Source: Candidatus Peregrinibacteria bacterium GW2011_GWF2_38_29
GTDB taxonomy: Bacteria > Patescibacteriota > Gracilibacteria > UBA1369 > UBA12463
Assembly (NCBI GenBank): GCA_000992695.1
Contig: LBUS01000009.1
Span: forward strand, 25,548 to 89,547
Reading direction: 5' to 3'
Length of the DNA: 64,000 bases
The notes under the pieces are model-generated. The model made no database searches and was not told the DNA's origin. It saw nothing but the letters and a program-made list of their open reading frames with translations. The position numbers were made by a program, and so were the translations under genes. This document shows, in pieces, positions 36,647 to 44,304 of the stretch. Numbering within the stretch: position 1 is the stretch's first letter; each line of letters opens with the position of its first letter.

Positions 36647-37291
36647 TTAATGAAAAGAAACGAGAAGTTTTTCCAAATCCCCTGCCTTTGTTTCCGCAGG
36701 AAATAAACCAAAAACAGCATTATGCATAGTATTTTTTTCACAATCACTTTCAACGTACATAACAAAAATTCTATAAGGAGCCTTGCTAGACGCTAACTTA
36801 TTCCTTAATTGATTAATAAGTTGAGAACCCCAACAACCGGAAAATCTAGTTCTCATATAAACATTAACCTCTGCCACGTCCATCATTCTGCCCGCATTTT
36901 CCGCAAAAAACATAGAAAGCATAGGACTGTGCGTTCCTTTAATCATATCAGAAGTCATCCACTGCACGGCCTTCGCAACCTCAGCACCAAGCAAAAGGAA
37001 TACCTGCATTGCTTGTTTTGGATAAACGGTCACGGTTCTAGCCTTAACATCAAATCCAATTGTTGTATCTGCATTTTTTGTCCCCTGCGGATGCACTTTG
37101 CGCAACTTCTTTTTATGCAACAAAGCGTCCAAAGCAAGCGGCTGCGGATCAGCCTCTCTTCGCTGAGCATCAGCCAATGATCGCCTAACTAAATCTGATA
37201 ATGCCGCAAGTTCACGACGCATAACCTCAATTTTATCTAAACCGGCTTGAAGCTCTTCGGCTGTTACAAACACGGGCAATCTATCACTCAT
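36647..37291 (-). CDS. orphan protein: N-terminal coiled coil plus a divergent copy of the module
   Basis: Coiled coil: EELQAGLDKIEVMRRELAALSDLVRRSLADAQRRE. Module remnants: AKAVQWM, SPMLSMFFAENAGRMM, LASSKAPYRIFVMYVE. Confidence 0.55.
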   Translation of the reverse strand: MSDRLPVFVTAEELQAGLDKIEVMRRELAALSDLVRRSLADAQRREADPQPLALDALLHKKKLRKVHPQGTKNADTTIGFDVKARTVTVYPKQAMQVFLLLGAEVAKAVQWMTSDMIKGTHSPMLSMFFAENAGRMMDVAEVNVYMRTRFSGCWGSQLINQLRNKLASSKAPYRIFVMYVESDCEKNTMHNAVFGLFPAETKAGDLEKLLVSFH

Positions 37292-37319
37292 AAATTATTA
37301 TTAATTAATACGCTAAACT

Positions 37320-37347
37320 ATTTTAACTAATAATTCTAATTTGTCAA
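37320..37347 (-). promoter_or_regulatory. sigma70-type promoter of the 214/216-aa gene pair
   Basis: The minus strand reads TTGACA-N16-TAAAAT. Confidence 0.55.
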
Positions 37348-37363
37348 TGGCAAGCTTCTAAGC

Positions 37364-37975
37364 CTAACCCAAATGCCTAAGCGTCAAACGATAAACGTAA
37401 CGAATATCAACGTCACCGGTTGCATCAGGTCTACCCTTAACAATTCTTTTTTGAATAGCGTAAGGAGAATTTTTATATCTATAATCTCTTAAAATCTCAG
37501 AAATAACATCGTCTAGATCACTAACTCCACCGACAAGCTCATTAACCTCCCTATCTTGAAAAAACTTTCCAATATTCTGCGCAAGAAATACAAGAACGCG
37601 ATTCTTTTCGCCTTTCCATCCAAACTTAGAAGCCCACGCAAGAGCAGAATCAACCTCTTCATGCACAACGGATAACCCGCTTAACTCAAACGCAGTAATC
37701 TCAGCAATAGTAAGCCCTCCATCCAAAGAACAATCATCCGCATCTTCATCAAGACCTGCAGGATCTTTTTCGATAACGGCATCAGGAGCTACAGGAGCAA
37801 CGTCACTTACAGCAAATTCATCAACAAAAACTTCTCCATCCGCCAAAGCATCCCTCACAGCATCTGAAGTTGGCCTGCAAAATCTCTCTAATCCGGCAAA
37901 AACATCGGCAAATTTACGCAAAACAATTGGCGATGTAACTTGCTCAACGAAACGTTTAAGACCTTTAATTTCCAT
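37364..37975 (-). CDS. orphan protein: acidic N-terminal half plus one copy of the module
   Basis: Module: VVHEEVDSALAWASKF, NRVLVFLAQNIGKFFQDREV, ILRDYRYKNSPYAIQKRIVKGRPDATGDVDIRYVYRLTL. Confidence 0.6.
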   Translation of the reverse strand: MEIKGLKRFVEQVTSPIVLRKFADVFAGLERFCRPTSDAVRDALADGEVFVDEFAVSDVAPVAPDAVIEKDPAGLDEDADDCSLDGGLTIAEITAFELSGLSVVHEEVDSALAWASKFGWKGEKNRVLVFLAQNIGKFFQDREVNELVGGVSDLDDVISEILRDYRYKNSPYAIQKRIVKGRPDATGDVDIRYVYRLTLRHLG

Positions 37976-37999
37976 ACAAAAAATTTAAGTCAGGAGATT

Positions 38000-38027
38000 A
38001 ATCTTACAGCAATATCAACCTTTGTCA
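38000..38027 (-). promoter_or_regulatory. sigma70-type promoter of the 203-aa orphan gene
   Basis: The minus strand reads TTGACA-N16-TAAGAT. Confidence 0.55.
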
Positions 38028-38073
38028 ACATTTTAAACTAACGCAAAAACCACCTCCGTCCCCACATTTCCAC

Positions 38074-38114
38074 TTGACGACTTAAATTTAGCACTCTATA
38101 ATTCTGAGTGCTAA
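38074..38114 (+). promoter_or_regulatory. dnaK promoter with a perfect CIRCE operator
   Basis: The promoter is TTGACG-N17-TATAAT. CIRCE is TTAGCACTC-tataattct-GAGTGCTAA (38088-38114), and the -10 lies inside the 9-nt spacer. Confidence 0.9.
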
Positions 38115-38166
38115 CAGACCGCTGCGAAATAGCACAGGTCTATATACAAACTTAACAAAATAAACT

Positions 38167-40149
38167 ATGGGAAGAATTATAGGTATTGATCTTGGTACAA
38201 CAAACTCTTGCGTTTCAATTATGCAAGGCGGAGAGCCAACAGTCATTGAAAACTCCGAAGGAATGCGCACAACTCCATCAGTTGTCGCAATAAAAGACGG
38301 AAATCGAACGGTTGGAATTACGGCAAAACGCCAAGCGGTTATGAATTCGGAAAACACGATTTATTCCGCAAAACGCTTGATTGGTCGCAAATATGACGAA
38401 TCCACCGCGGACATAAAACGCCTCGGATATAAAGTCGAGCGTGGACCCGAAGGAGACGCAATGATTATTTTGAATGGCGAAAAAAAGAAACCTGCGGAAA
38501 TTTCCGCAATGGTTCTTCAAAAACTCAAAGCGGACGCAGAAGCATTTCTTGGAGAAAAAGTAACGGAAGCCGTCATCACGGTTCCCGCATATTTCAATGA
38601 TTCGCAAAGACAAGCTACAAAAGACGCAGGTGCAATCGCAGGACTGGAAGTAAAAAGAATTATAAACGAACCAACAGCCGCGGCTCTCGCATATCATTTG
38701 GATAAAAAAAGCGAGCAAAAAGTTGCGATTTACGATCTTGGTGGTGGAACTTTTGATATCTCGATTCTTGATATTGGAGAAGGTGTTTTGGAAGTACTTT
38801 CCACAAACGGCGATACGCAACTTGGTGGTGACGATTTTGACGCAAAAATTACAGATCATCTTATAAATGAATTCAAAAAAGAAACGGGAATTGATTTGTA
38901 TCAAGACAAGGTCGCAATTCAGCGCGTTCGTGATGCTGCGGAAAAAGCAAAATGCGAACTTTCCACAATGGCGGAAACGGAAATCAATCTTCCATATATT
39001 TCATCCGATTCGAACGGACCAAAACATTTGCTTATAAAATTGAGCAGATCAAAGCTCGAATCTCTTGTTCAGGAATTGATTGATCGCACAGTTGAGCCAT
39101 GCAAAAAAGCGCTTAAAGATGCCAAATTAACAGCGGAAAATATTGATGAAGTTATTTTGGTTGGAGGTATGACAAGAATGCCTGCAGTCCAAGCAAAAGT
39201 TAAAGATTTCTTCGCGAAAGAACCACACAAAGGCGTAAATCCGGATGAAGTTGTTGCAATTGGCGCGGCAATTCAAGGTGGTGTTTTGATGGGAGATATT
39301 AAGGATATTCAACTTTTGGATGTCACTCCCCTAACCCTATCGATTGAAACGCTCGGAAGCGTTGCAACTCCAATGATTGAAAGAAACACAACAATTCCAA
39401 CTTCAAAAACTCAAGTTTTCTCAACTGCGGCGGATAATCAAACGTCCGTTGAAATTCACATTTTACAAGGCGAAAGACCAATGGCAGCGGACAACAAATC
39501 TCTCGGAAGATTTATTCTGGATAACATCCCTCCGGCGCCTCGCGGAATTCCACAAATTGAGGTTTCGTTGGATATAGATTCAAACGGCATTTTGAACGTA
39601 AAAGCGGTTGATAAAGCCACAAATCGCACACAACACATTACTATCACAGGCAGTGGCCACATGAAAGACGCGGATATCGAACGAATGAAAAAAGAAGCCG
39701 AGCAATATGCCGAAGAAGACAAAAAAAAGCGCGAACTTATCGACCTCAAAAACAAAGCCGAATCCTTGATGATGCAATCTGAAAAAACCTTGAAAGATGC
39801 GGGAGAGAAGGTTGCGGATTCTTTGAAAAAACCGGTGCAAGAAAAAATCGAAGCTTTGAAAAAAGTTATGGCCGAAAAAGAGATCAAAAAAGAAGACCTC
39901 GAAAAAGCCTACGACGAACTTTCCACAGAAATACAGAAGGTTGGAACCGAACTGTATAAGGCGGCTAGCGAAAATTCAAAAGCGGAAGGGGCGAGCATGG
40001 GTGGCGGGGACAGCGCGAGCGAATCAGCGAGCGCAAAAGGCTCGGGTACAAGCTCGGGCGGCACAGGCACTCCCGACGACGGCGTCAAAGTCACAGACAA
40101 AAACAAGAAAGGTGGGGATGATGTAGTGGAGGGGGAAGTGGTGAAATAG
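38167..40149 (+). CDS. dnaK: molecular chaperone DnaK (Hsp70)
   Basis: Motifs: [35 protein letters not shown], plus a full substrate-binding domain. Confidence 0.97.
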   Translation: MGRIIGIDLGTTNSCVSIMQGGEPTVIENSEGMRTTPSVVAIKDGNRTVGITAKRQAVMNSENTIYSAKRLIGRKYDESTADIKRLGYKVERGPEGDAMIILNGEKKKPAEISAMVLQKLKADAEAFLGEKVTEAVITVPAYFNDSQRQATKDAGAIAGLEVKRIINEPTAAALAYHLDKKSEQKVAIYDLGGGTFDISILDIGEGVLEVLSTNGDTQLGGDDFDAKITDHLINEFKKETGIDLYQDKVAIQRVRDAAEKAKCELSTMAETEINLPYISSDSNGPKHLLIKLSRSKLESLVQELIDRTVEPCKKALKDAKLTAENIDEVILVGGMTRMPAVQAKVKDFFAKEPHKGVNPDEVVAIGAAIQGGVLMGDIKDIQLLDVTPLTLSIETLGSVATPMIERNTTIPTSKTQVFSTAADNQTSVEIHILQGERPMAADNKSLGRFILDNIPPAPRGIPQIEVSLDIDSNGILNVKAVDKATNRTQHITITGSGHMKDADIERMKKEAEQYAEEDKKKRELIDLKNKAESLMMQSEKTLKDAGEKVADSLKKPVQEKIEALKKVMAEKEIKKEDLEKAYDELSTEIQKVGTELYKAASENSKAEGASMGGGDSASESASAKGSGTSSGGTGTPDDGVKVTDKNKKGGDDVVEGEVVK

Positions 40150-40169
40150 ACTATAAATAAAACTTATAA

Positions 40170-40970
40170 ATGTACCAATACCTACAGCAATTAAAGTTAA
40201 ATGAAATTTTTTCACCATCAAACACCATAGGTTATACGATAGGCATAATAGGAATAATAATAGGCATAATTTTCTATATAAAAAGTAAAAAGGAAAAATT
40301 ACCATTTTATTATTTAGAAAATTGCCATGTTCTTCAAGAAATAGAAAAAATTCAAAAAATTCAAATAAATTACGACAGAAAACGAATAGAAAATCTTACG
40401 ATCACTAAATTAGTAATATGGAACAACGGGAAAGAAACAATCCAAAAAACAGACATAGCAAAAAACAACCCATTAAGAATTACAGCCAATAATAATGCTA
40501 AAATTTTATACGCAAAAATACTATATCAAGATAATGTAAACAATAATTTTCAACTACAACAAAAAAATAATGAAATCTATATAAATTTTGATTATTTTGA
40601 CAACGAAGAAGGAGCGATAATAGAAATACATCACACCGGAATAAAAAAAGAAGATCTAATAATTAATGGAGCATTCAAAGGAGTGAAAAAACTTTCAAAC
40701 ATAAGATCATCTGAAAGTAAAATCAAAACATTAAATAATTTTCTCGGAATTTCAAATAAAAAATATAAACGCATGGCATTTTTAGCATTCATGACTCCGC
40801 CTATATTTATAGCAATAAAATATTCAAAACTAAATGAAATATTAAACGGCAAACAGATGGAAACAATATTTATAATAGTCACTACGATAGCATACTGGAT
40901 TTTTGGAGTCTTTCTTTTATTTATGAAAAGAAAAACGCCAAAATGGGCCGAACGATATACGGAAATATAA
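40170..40970 (+). CDS. membrane protein of unknown function in an AT-rich islet
   Basis: 266 aa. It has one N-terminal TM (IGYTIGIIGIIIGIIFYI), an N/K/I-rich central region and two C-terminal TMs. By eye the DNA is about 25% G+C, clearly lower than dnaK. Confidence 0.5.
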   Translation: MYQYLQQLKLNEIFSPSNTIGYTIGIIGIIIGIIFYIKSKKEKLPFYYLENCHVLQEIEKIQKIQINYDRKRIENLTITKLVIWNNGKETIQKTDIAKNNPLRITANNNAKILYAKILYQDNVNNNFQLQQKNNEIYINFDYFDNEEGAIIEIHHTGIKKEDLIINGAFKGVKKLSNIRSSESKIKTLNNFLGISNKKYKRMAFLAFMTPPIFIAIKYSKLNEILNGKQMETIFIIVTTIAYWIFGVFLLFMKRKTPKWAERYTEI

Positions 40971-41093
40971 ATTTTATATTCCAAAAGATGAGCATATACC
41001 TACCTTCATTTTTCGCAACATATTTTTCAGATTTAATCTGGATTTTTTGGCTTGTTTAAGCTAAAATATCAGCAACAACATAATCTAAAAAAT

Positions 41094-42026
41094 ATGACAA
41101 ATGTAGCGCAAAATGCACAAAAAATTCTCGAAAAAGATCTTCATCAAAAATTCGTCTTTTATGGCAAAAATGCACTCAAATGGAAAAGAAAATGCACAAT
41201 TCTTTTGCCGGAAATAGCAAAATATAGAATTTGGGAGAAAAAAGGATTCAGTAGTATTTATGAATACGCAGCAAAACTGGCCGGGATAAATAATGCATCG
41301 GTTAATGTCGCTCTTTGGGCAATGCGAAAAATTGAAGACAAACCGGAATTAAAACGCGTTGTTGAAGAAAAAGGCATCGAAATAATTCGTCCAATCGCAA
41401 ATATTGCAACTCCTGAGACCGCAGCATTTTGGGCGGAAAAAGCTATGGGAATGAGTAAAAACACGCTGGCAGCATATGCAAAAGAATACAAAAAATCTGA
41501 GCTTAGCTCCCCTTGCGCCGACTCAAAAAATTATTACGAAAATCAAACTTTATTCTCTGATTTAAGTGCCGAACAAATAACAATGGATTTAAGTCCGGAA
41601 ACAGCCGAACAACTTCAAAAACTCAAAGGCCAACTTCTGCAAACCTATCAAACGCAAATTGAAGCCAAAAAACCAATCCCACAAGAAAACGCAAAAAGGT
41701 ACGTACCGGCAAAAATCGAAAAATACGTACTCGCTAAAACAAACAACGCATGCGCATTTCCAGGTTGCACAAAAGAATACAAATATCTGCATCACACATG
41801 GAGATTCGCACTCACAAAAACGCATGACCCAGATACTCTCATTCCCCTTTGCAAAGCGCACGAAAGAATGGCGCACTATGGCTTGATTGAAAACGAAGAT
41901 TTGCCGCCAAAAAACTGGAAAATCAAACTTGAGGCAAACAAAACCACTGAAAAATGGCAAAAAGTGGATAAATGGGTGGCAGAGCATTACAACAAATATA
42001 ATGCGAAAAATCAGCCGCCAAGTTAA
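41094..42026 (+). CDS. HNH endonuclease domain protein
   Basis: C-terminal HNH motif: CAFPGCTKEYKYLHHTWRFALTKTHDPDTLIPLCKAHERMAHYG. The N-terminal region is helical. ATG 41094 is preferred over the track's TTG start at 41052. Confidence 0.7.
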   Translation: MTNVAQNAQKILEKDLHQKFVFYGKNALKWKRKCTILLPEIAKYRIWEKKGFSSIYEYAAKLAGINNASVNVALWAMRKIEDKPELKRVVEEKGIEIIRPIANIATPETAAFWAEKAMGMSKNTLAAYAKEYKKSELSSPCADSKNYYENQTLFSDLSAEQITMDLSPETAEQLQKLKGQLLQTYQTQIEAKKPIPQENAKRYVPAKIEKYVLAKTNNACAFPGCTKEYKYLHHTWRFALTKTHDPDTLIPLCKAHERMAHYGLIENEDLPPKNWKIKLEANKTTEKWQKVDKWVAEHYNKYNAKNQPPS

Positions 42027-42154
42027 AGCGCGACACGCAACTCCCACGCAAATTCACATTCCTCTCGACAAACTCACTCTTTTTTATATACAATAAACGC
42101 GGTTCTGAAATTTCAATAAATTTCGGCGCCATAAAAAATCTAACCTCTTTCTAT

Positions 42155-42967
42155 ATGGTTGAGAATAGACAAAGGCAATCGGGCGCTTTTGGAATAGTGA
42201 CGATAATTGTCATCACTGCGATTATTGCAGGTGGACTTTCTTATTCCATGAAACCTTCATACGCAGAAGAAAAACAAGATCTTGAGAAAAAAGTGGATGA
42301 TTTGAAAACGCAACTTAATGCGGCGCAAAACACGCTTCTTGCCGCAGGAATAAGCCAGTTGGATGAAAATAAAGATCCAAATGCAACAAGCGTTGATCCA
42401 ACCGCAGGCGTAACTCCAATCCCGGGACAAGCGCAACAACAAGCCGAAGCGCAAGCCAAGGCTGATGCGGAAAAAGCAAAATTTCAATTAACAAAAACCG
42501 TAACTCCAATGGTTCCGGCAACAGACGTTAAATTCGCAAGCTGTGGAGTCTTATCAAGCTATTCATCAAAAATCTGGTATCCAAAATTGCAAGCCGCGGC
42601 AGCTGAACTAAAAATAGTATTAAATCCGGCATCAGAATCATGTTTTTCTGAAAACGGCGGAATTTTGACAATAAACGCAATCAGCCCGGATAAAGCATGC
42701 ACACAAACAGGCGCAATCTATAATTTCAGTATTTCAAGTAATAACTTTATACGAGCAACCGTAAACAACAAAAACGTTAAAGGATGCTTGGTTTGGCCAA
42801 CAACATTCGGAAAACGCGATGGCACAATCATCAAAATGGAAGGATCTTTTGGCGAAGGATGCAGAACAACAATGTACTATGATTACGACTTCATTAAAAA
42901 CAATCTCGAACTAAAAAAATCGCTTACAAAATGCGATGGAAAGCCTGACCAAACAATAAATTATTAA
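42155..42967 (+). CDS. membrane-anchored extracytoplasmic Cys-containing protein, unknown function
   Basis: N-terminal TM (FGIVTIIVITAIIAGGL), a coiled coil, a Q/A-rich linker, and a C-terminal domain with several Cys. Confidence 0.45.
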   Translation: MVENRQRQSGAFGIVTIIVITAIIAGGLSYSMKPSYAEEKQDLEKKVDDLKTQLNAAQNTLLAAGISQLDENKDPNATSVDPTAGVTPIPGQAQQQAEAQAKADAEKAKFQLTKTVTPMVPATDVKFASCGVLSSYSSKIWYPKLQAAAAELKIVLNPASESCFSENGGILTINAISPDKACTQTGAIYNFSISSNNFIRATVNNKNVKGCLVWPTTFGKRDGTIIKMEGSFGEGCRTTMYYDYDFIKNNLELKKSLTKCDGKPDQTINY

Positions 42968-42976
42968 TATAAAAAT

Positions 42977-44242
42977 ATGCTTGACCTTAAATTCATACGA
43001 GAAAATCCGGACGTCGTAAAACGCGCCGCGGAACTTAAAAAAATCAAAGTCGATGTTGATAAACTTCTCGAACTGGATAAGCAAAAACGCGAACTTCTCA
43101 AGCAAACCGAAGATATAAAAGCGGAAAAAAATCGCGCGTCCGAACAGATTCCAAAACTGCATGGCGAAAATAAAGAAGAAATTTTAAAGCGCATGAAAGA
43201 GCTTACAGCAAAGGAAAAATCGCTCGATGAAGAATTGAAACAAATCGATGAAGAACTCAATCATTTGCTTCTTTGGGTACCACAAATTCCATCTGAAAAA
43301 TGCCCACCCGGAAACGATGAAAAAGATTATAAATTAATAAAAACTTGGGGCGAACCAAAAAAATTCGACTTTGAACCGCTCGACCACATGACACTTGGAG
43401 AAAAGCTCGACATGATCGATACGGAACGCGGCGTAAAAATCGCAGGTTCAAGAAATTATTTTCTGAAAAATGCCGGCGTCAGACTTGAAATGGCAATCCT
43501 TATGTTCACGCTCGATACACTCGCAAAAAAAGGATTCACACCATTTTCAGTACCCGTTTTGGTTGAAGACAAAGCCATGATTGGCACGGGATATTTTCCA
43601 GGCGGCGAAGAACAAGCATACAGAATTGATAAAGATAAATTAAATTTAATCGGAACTTCGGAAGTCGCAGTCACCTCTTATCACGCAGACGAAATTCTCA
43701 CGGAAAAAGATCTTCCAAAAAAATATGCCGGAATTTCACCATGCTTCAGACGTGAGGCCGGAACATACGGAAAAGACACCCGCGGACTTTATCGCGTACA
43801 CCAATTTCAAAAAGTCGAACAAGTGATAATCTGCAAAGCCGACGTAGCGGAAAGCCAAAAAATGTTTGATTTGATTCTTGGAAACGCGGAAGAAGTTTTG
43901 CAAGCGCTCGAACTCCCCTATCGCGTTGTTGCGATTTGCACCGGCGAAATGGGCCAAGGTCAAGTTTATAAAAACGACATTGAAACCTGGATGCCATCCC
44001 GCAAAAGTTACGGCGAAACGCATTCCTGCTCAATGTTTTATGATTTCCAAGCCCGCAGACTCAACCTTCGATATAAAGATGCACAAGGCAAAACTCAATT
44101 TTGCCACACTTTAAACAACACTTGCGTCGCCTCTCCGCGCATCCTCATTCCCGTTATGGAAATGTATCAAAACGCGGACGGAACGATAAATGTTCCAAAA
44201 GTTCTCCAGCCATATATGAATGGGGTGAAAAAAATCATTTGA
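42977..44242 (+). CDS. serS: seryl-tRNA synthetase
   Basis: N-terminal coiled-coil arm. Class II motifs: GTSEV, CFRREAGTYGKDTRGLYRVHQFQKVE, TLNNTCVASPR. Confidence 0.95.
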   Translation: MLDLKFIRENPDVVKRAAELKKIKVDVDKLLELDKQKRELLKQTEDIKAEKNRASEQIPKLHGENKEEILKRMKELTAKEKSLDEELKQIDEELNHLLLWVPQIPSEKCPPGNDEKDYKLIKTWGEPKKFDFEPLDHMTLGEKLDMIDTERGVKIAGSRNYFLKNAGVRLEMAILMFTLDTLAKKGFTPFSVPVLVEDKAMIGTGYFPGGEEQAYRIDKDKLNLIGTSEVAVTSYHADEILTEKDLPKKYAGISPCFRREAGTYGKDTRGLYRVHQFQKVEQVIICKADVAESQKMFDLILGNAEEVLQALELPYRVVAICTGEMGQGQVYKNDIETWMPSRKSYGETHSCSMFYDFQARRLNLRYKDAQGKTQFCHTLNNTCVASPRILIPVMEMYQNADGTINVPKVLQPYMNGVKKII

Positions 44243-44266
44243 CAGCGTGAAAATTATGAATATAAT
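44239..44266 (+). promoter_or_regulatory. sigma70-type promoter upstream of rpoB
   Basis: TTGACA-N16-TATAAT. The -35 overlaps the serS stop codon. Confidence 0.6.
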
Positions 44267-44304
44267 TAGTAGCGCCATCAATCTTTAGAAGAGTTGCGAA
44301 AAAA

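Noticed and set aside
27113-37975. The idea that the orphan genes form a prophage or integrative element.
   Set aside because: I recognised no integrase, recombinase, terminase, capsid or tail motifs and no flanking direct repeats. The orphans are interleaved with essential single-copy genes rather than forming one contiguous block. They are kept as a finding of unknown nature instead.
38278-38904. A 208-aa ORF antisense to dnaK. Similar long antisense or out-of-frame ORFs occur inside nrdJ, rpoB, rpoC, fusA, tuf, nifS, the LCP gene and the orphan genes (for example 44622-45089, 39456-39887, 54591-54914, 36809-37180).
   Set aside because: They lie entirely within strongly supported conserved genes on the other strand or frame. 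Their sequences are low-complexity and rich in Cys/Phe/Leu/Ser, as expected for shadow ORFs, and they lack recognisable motifs.
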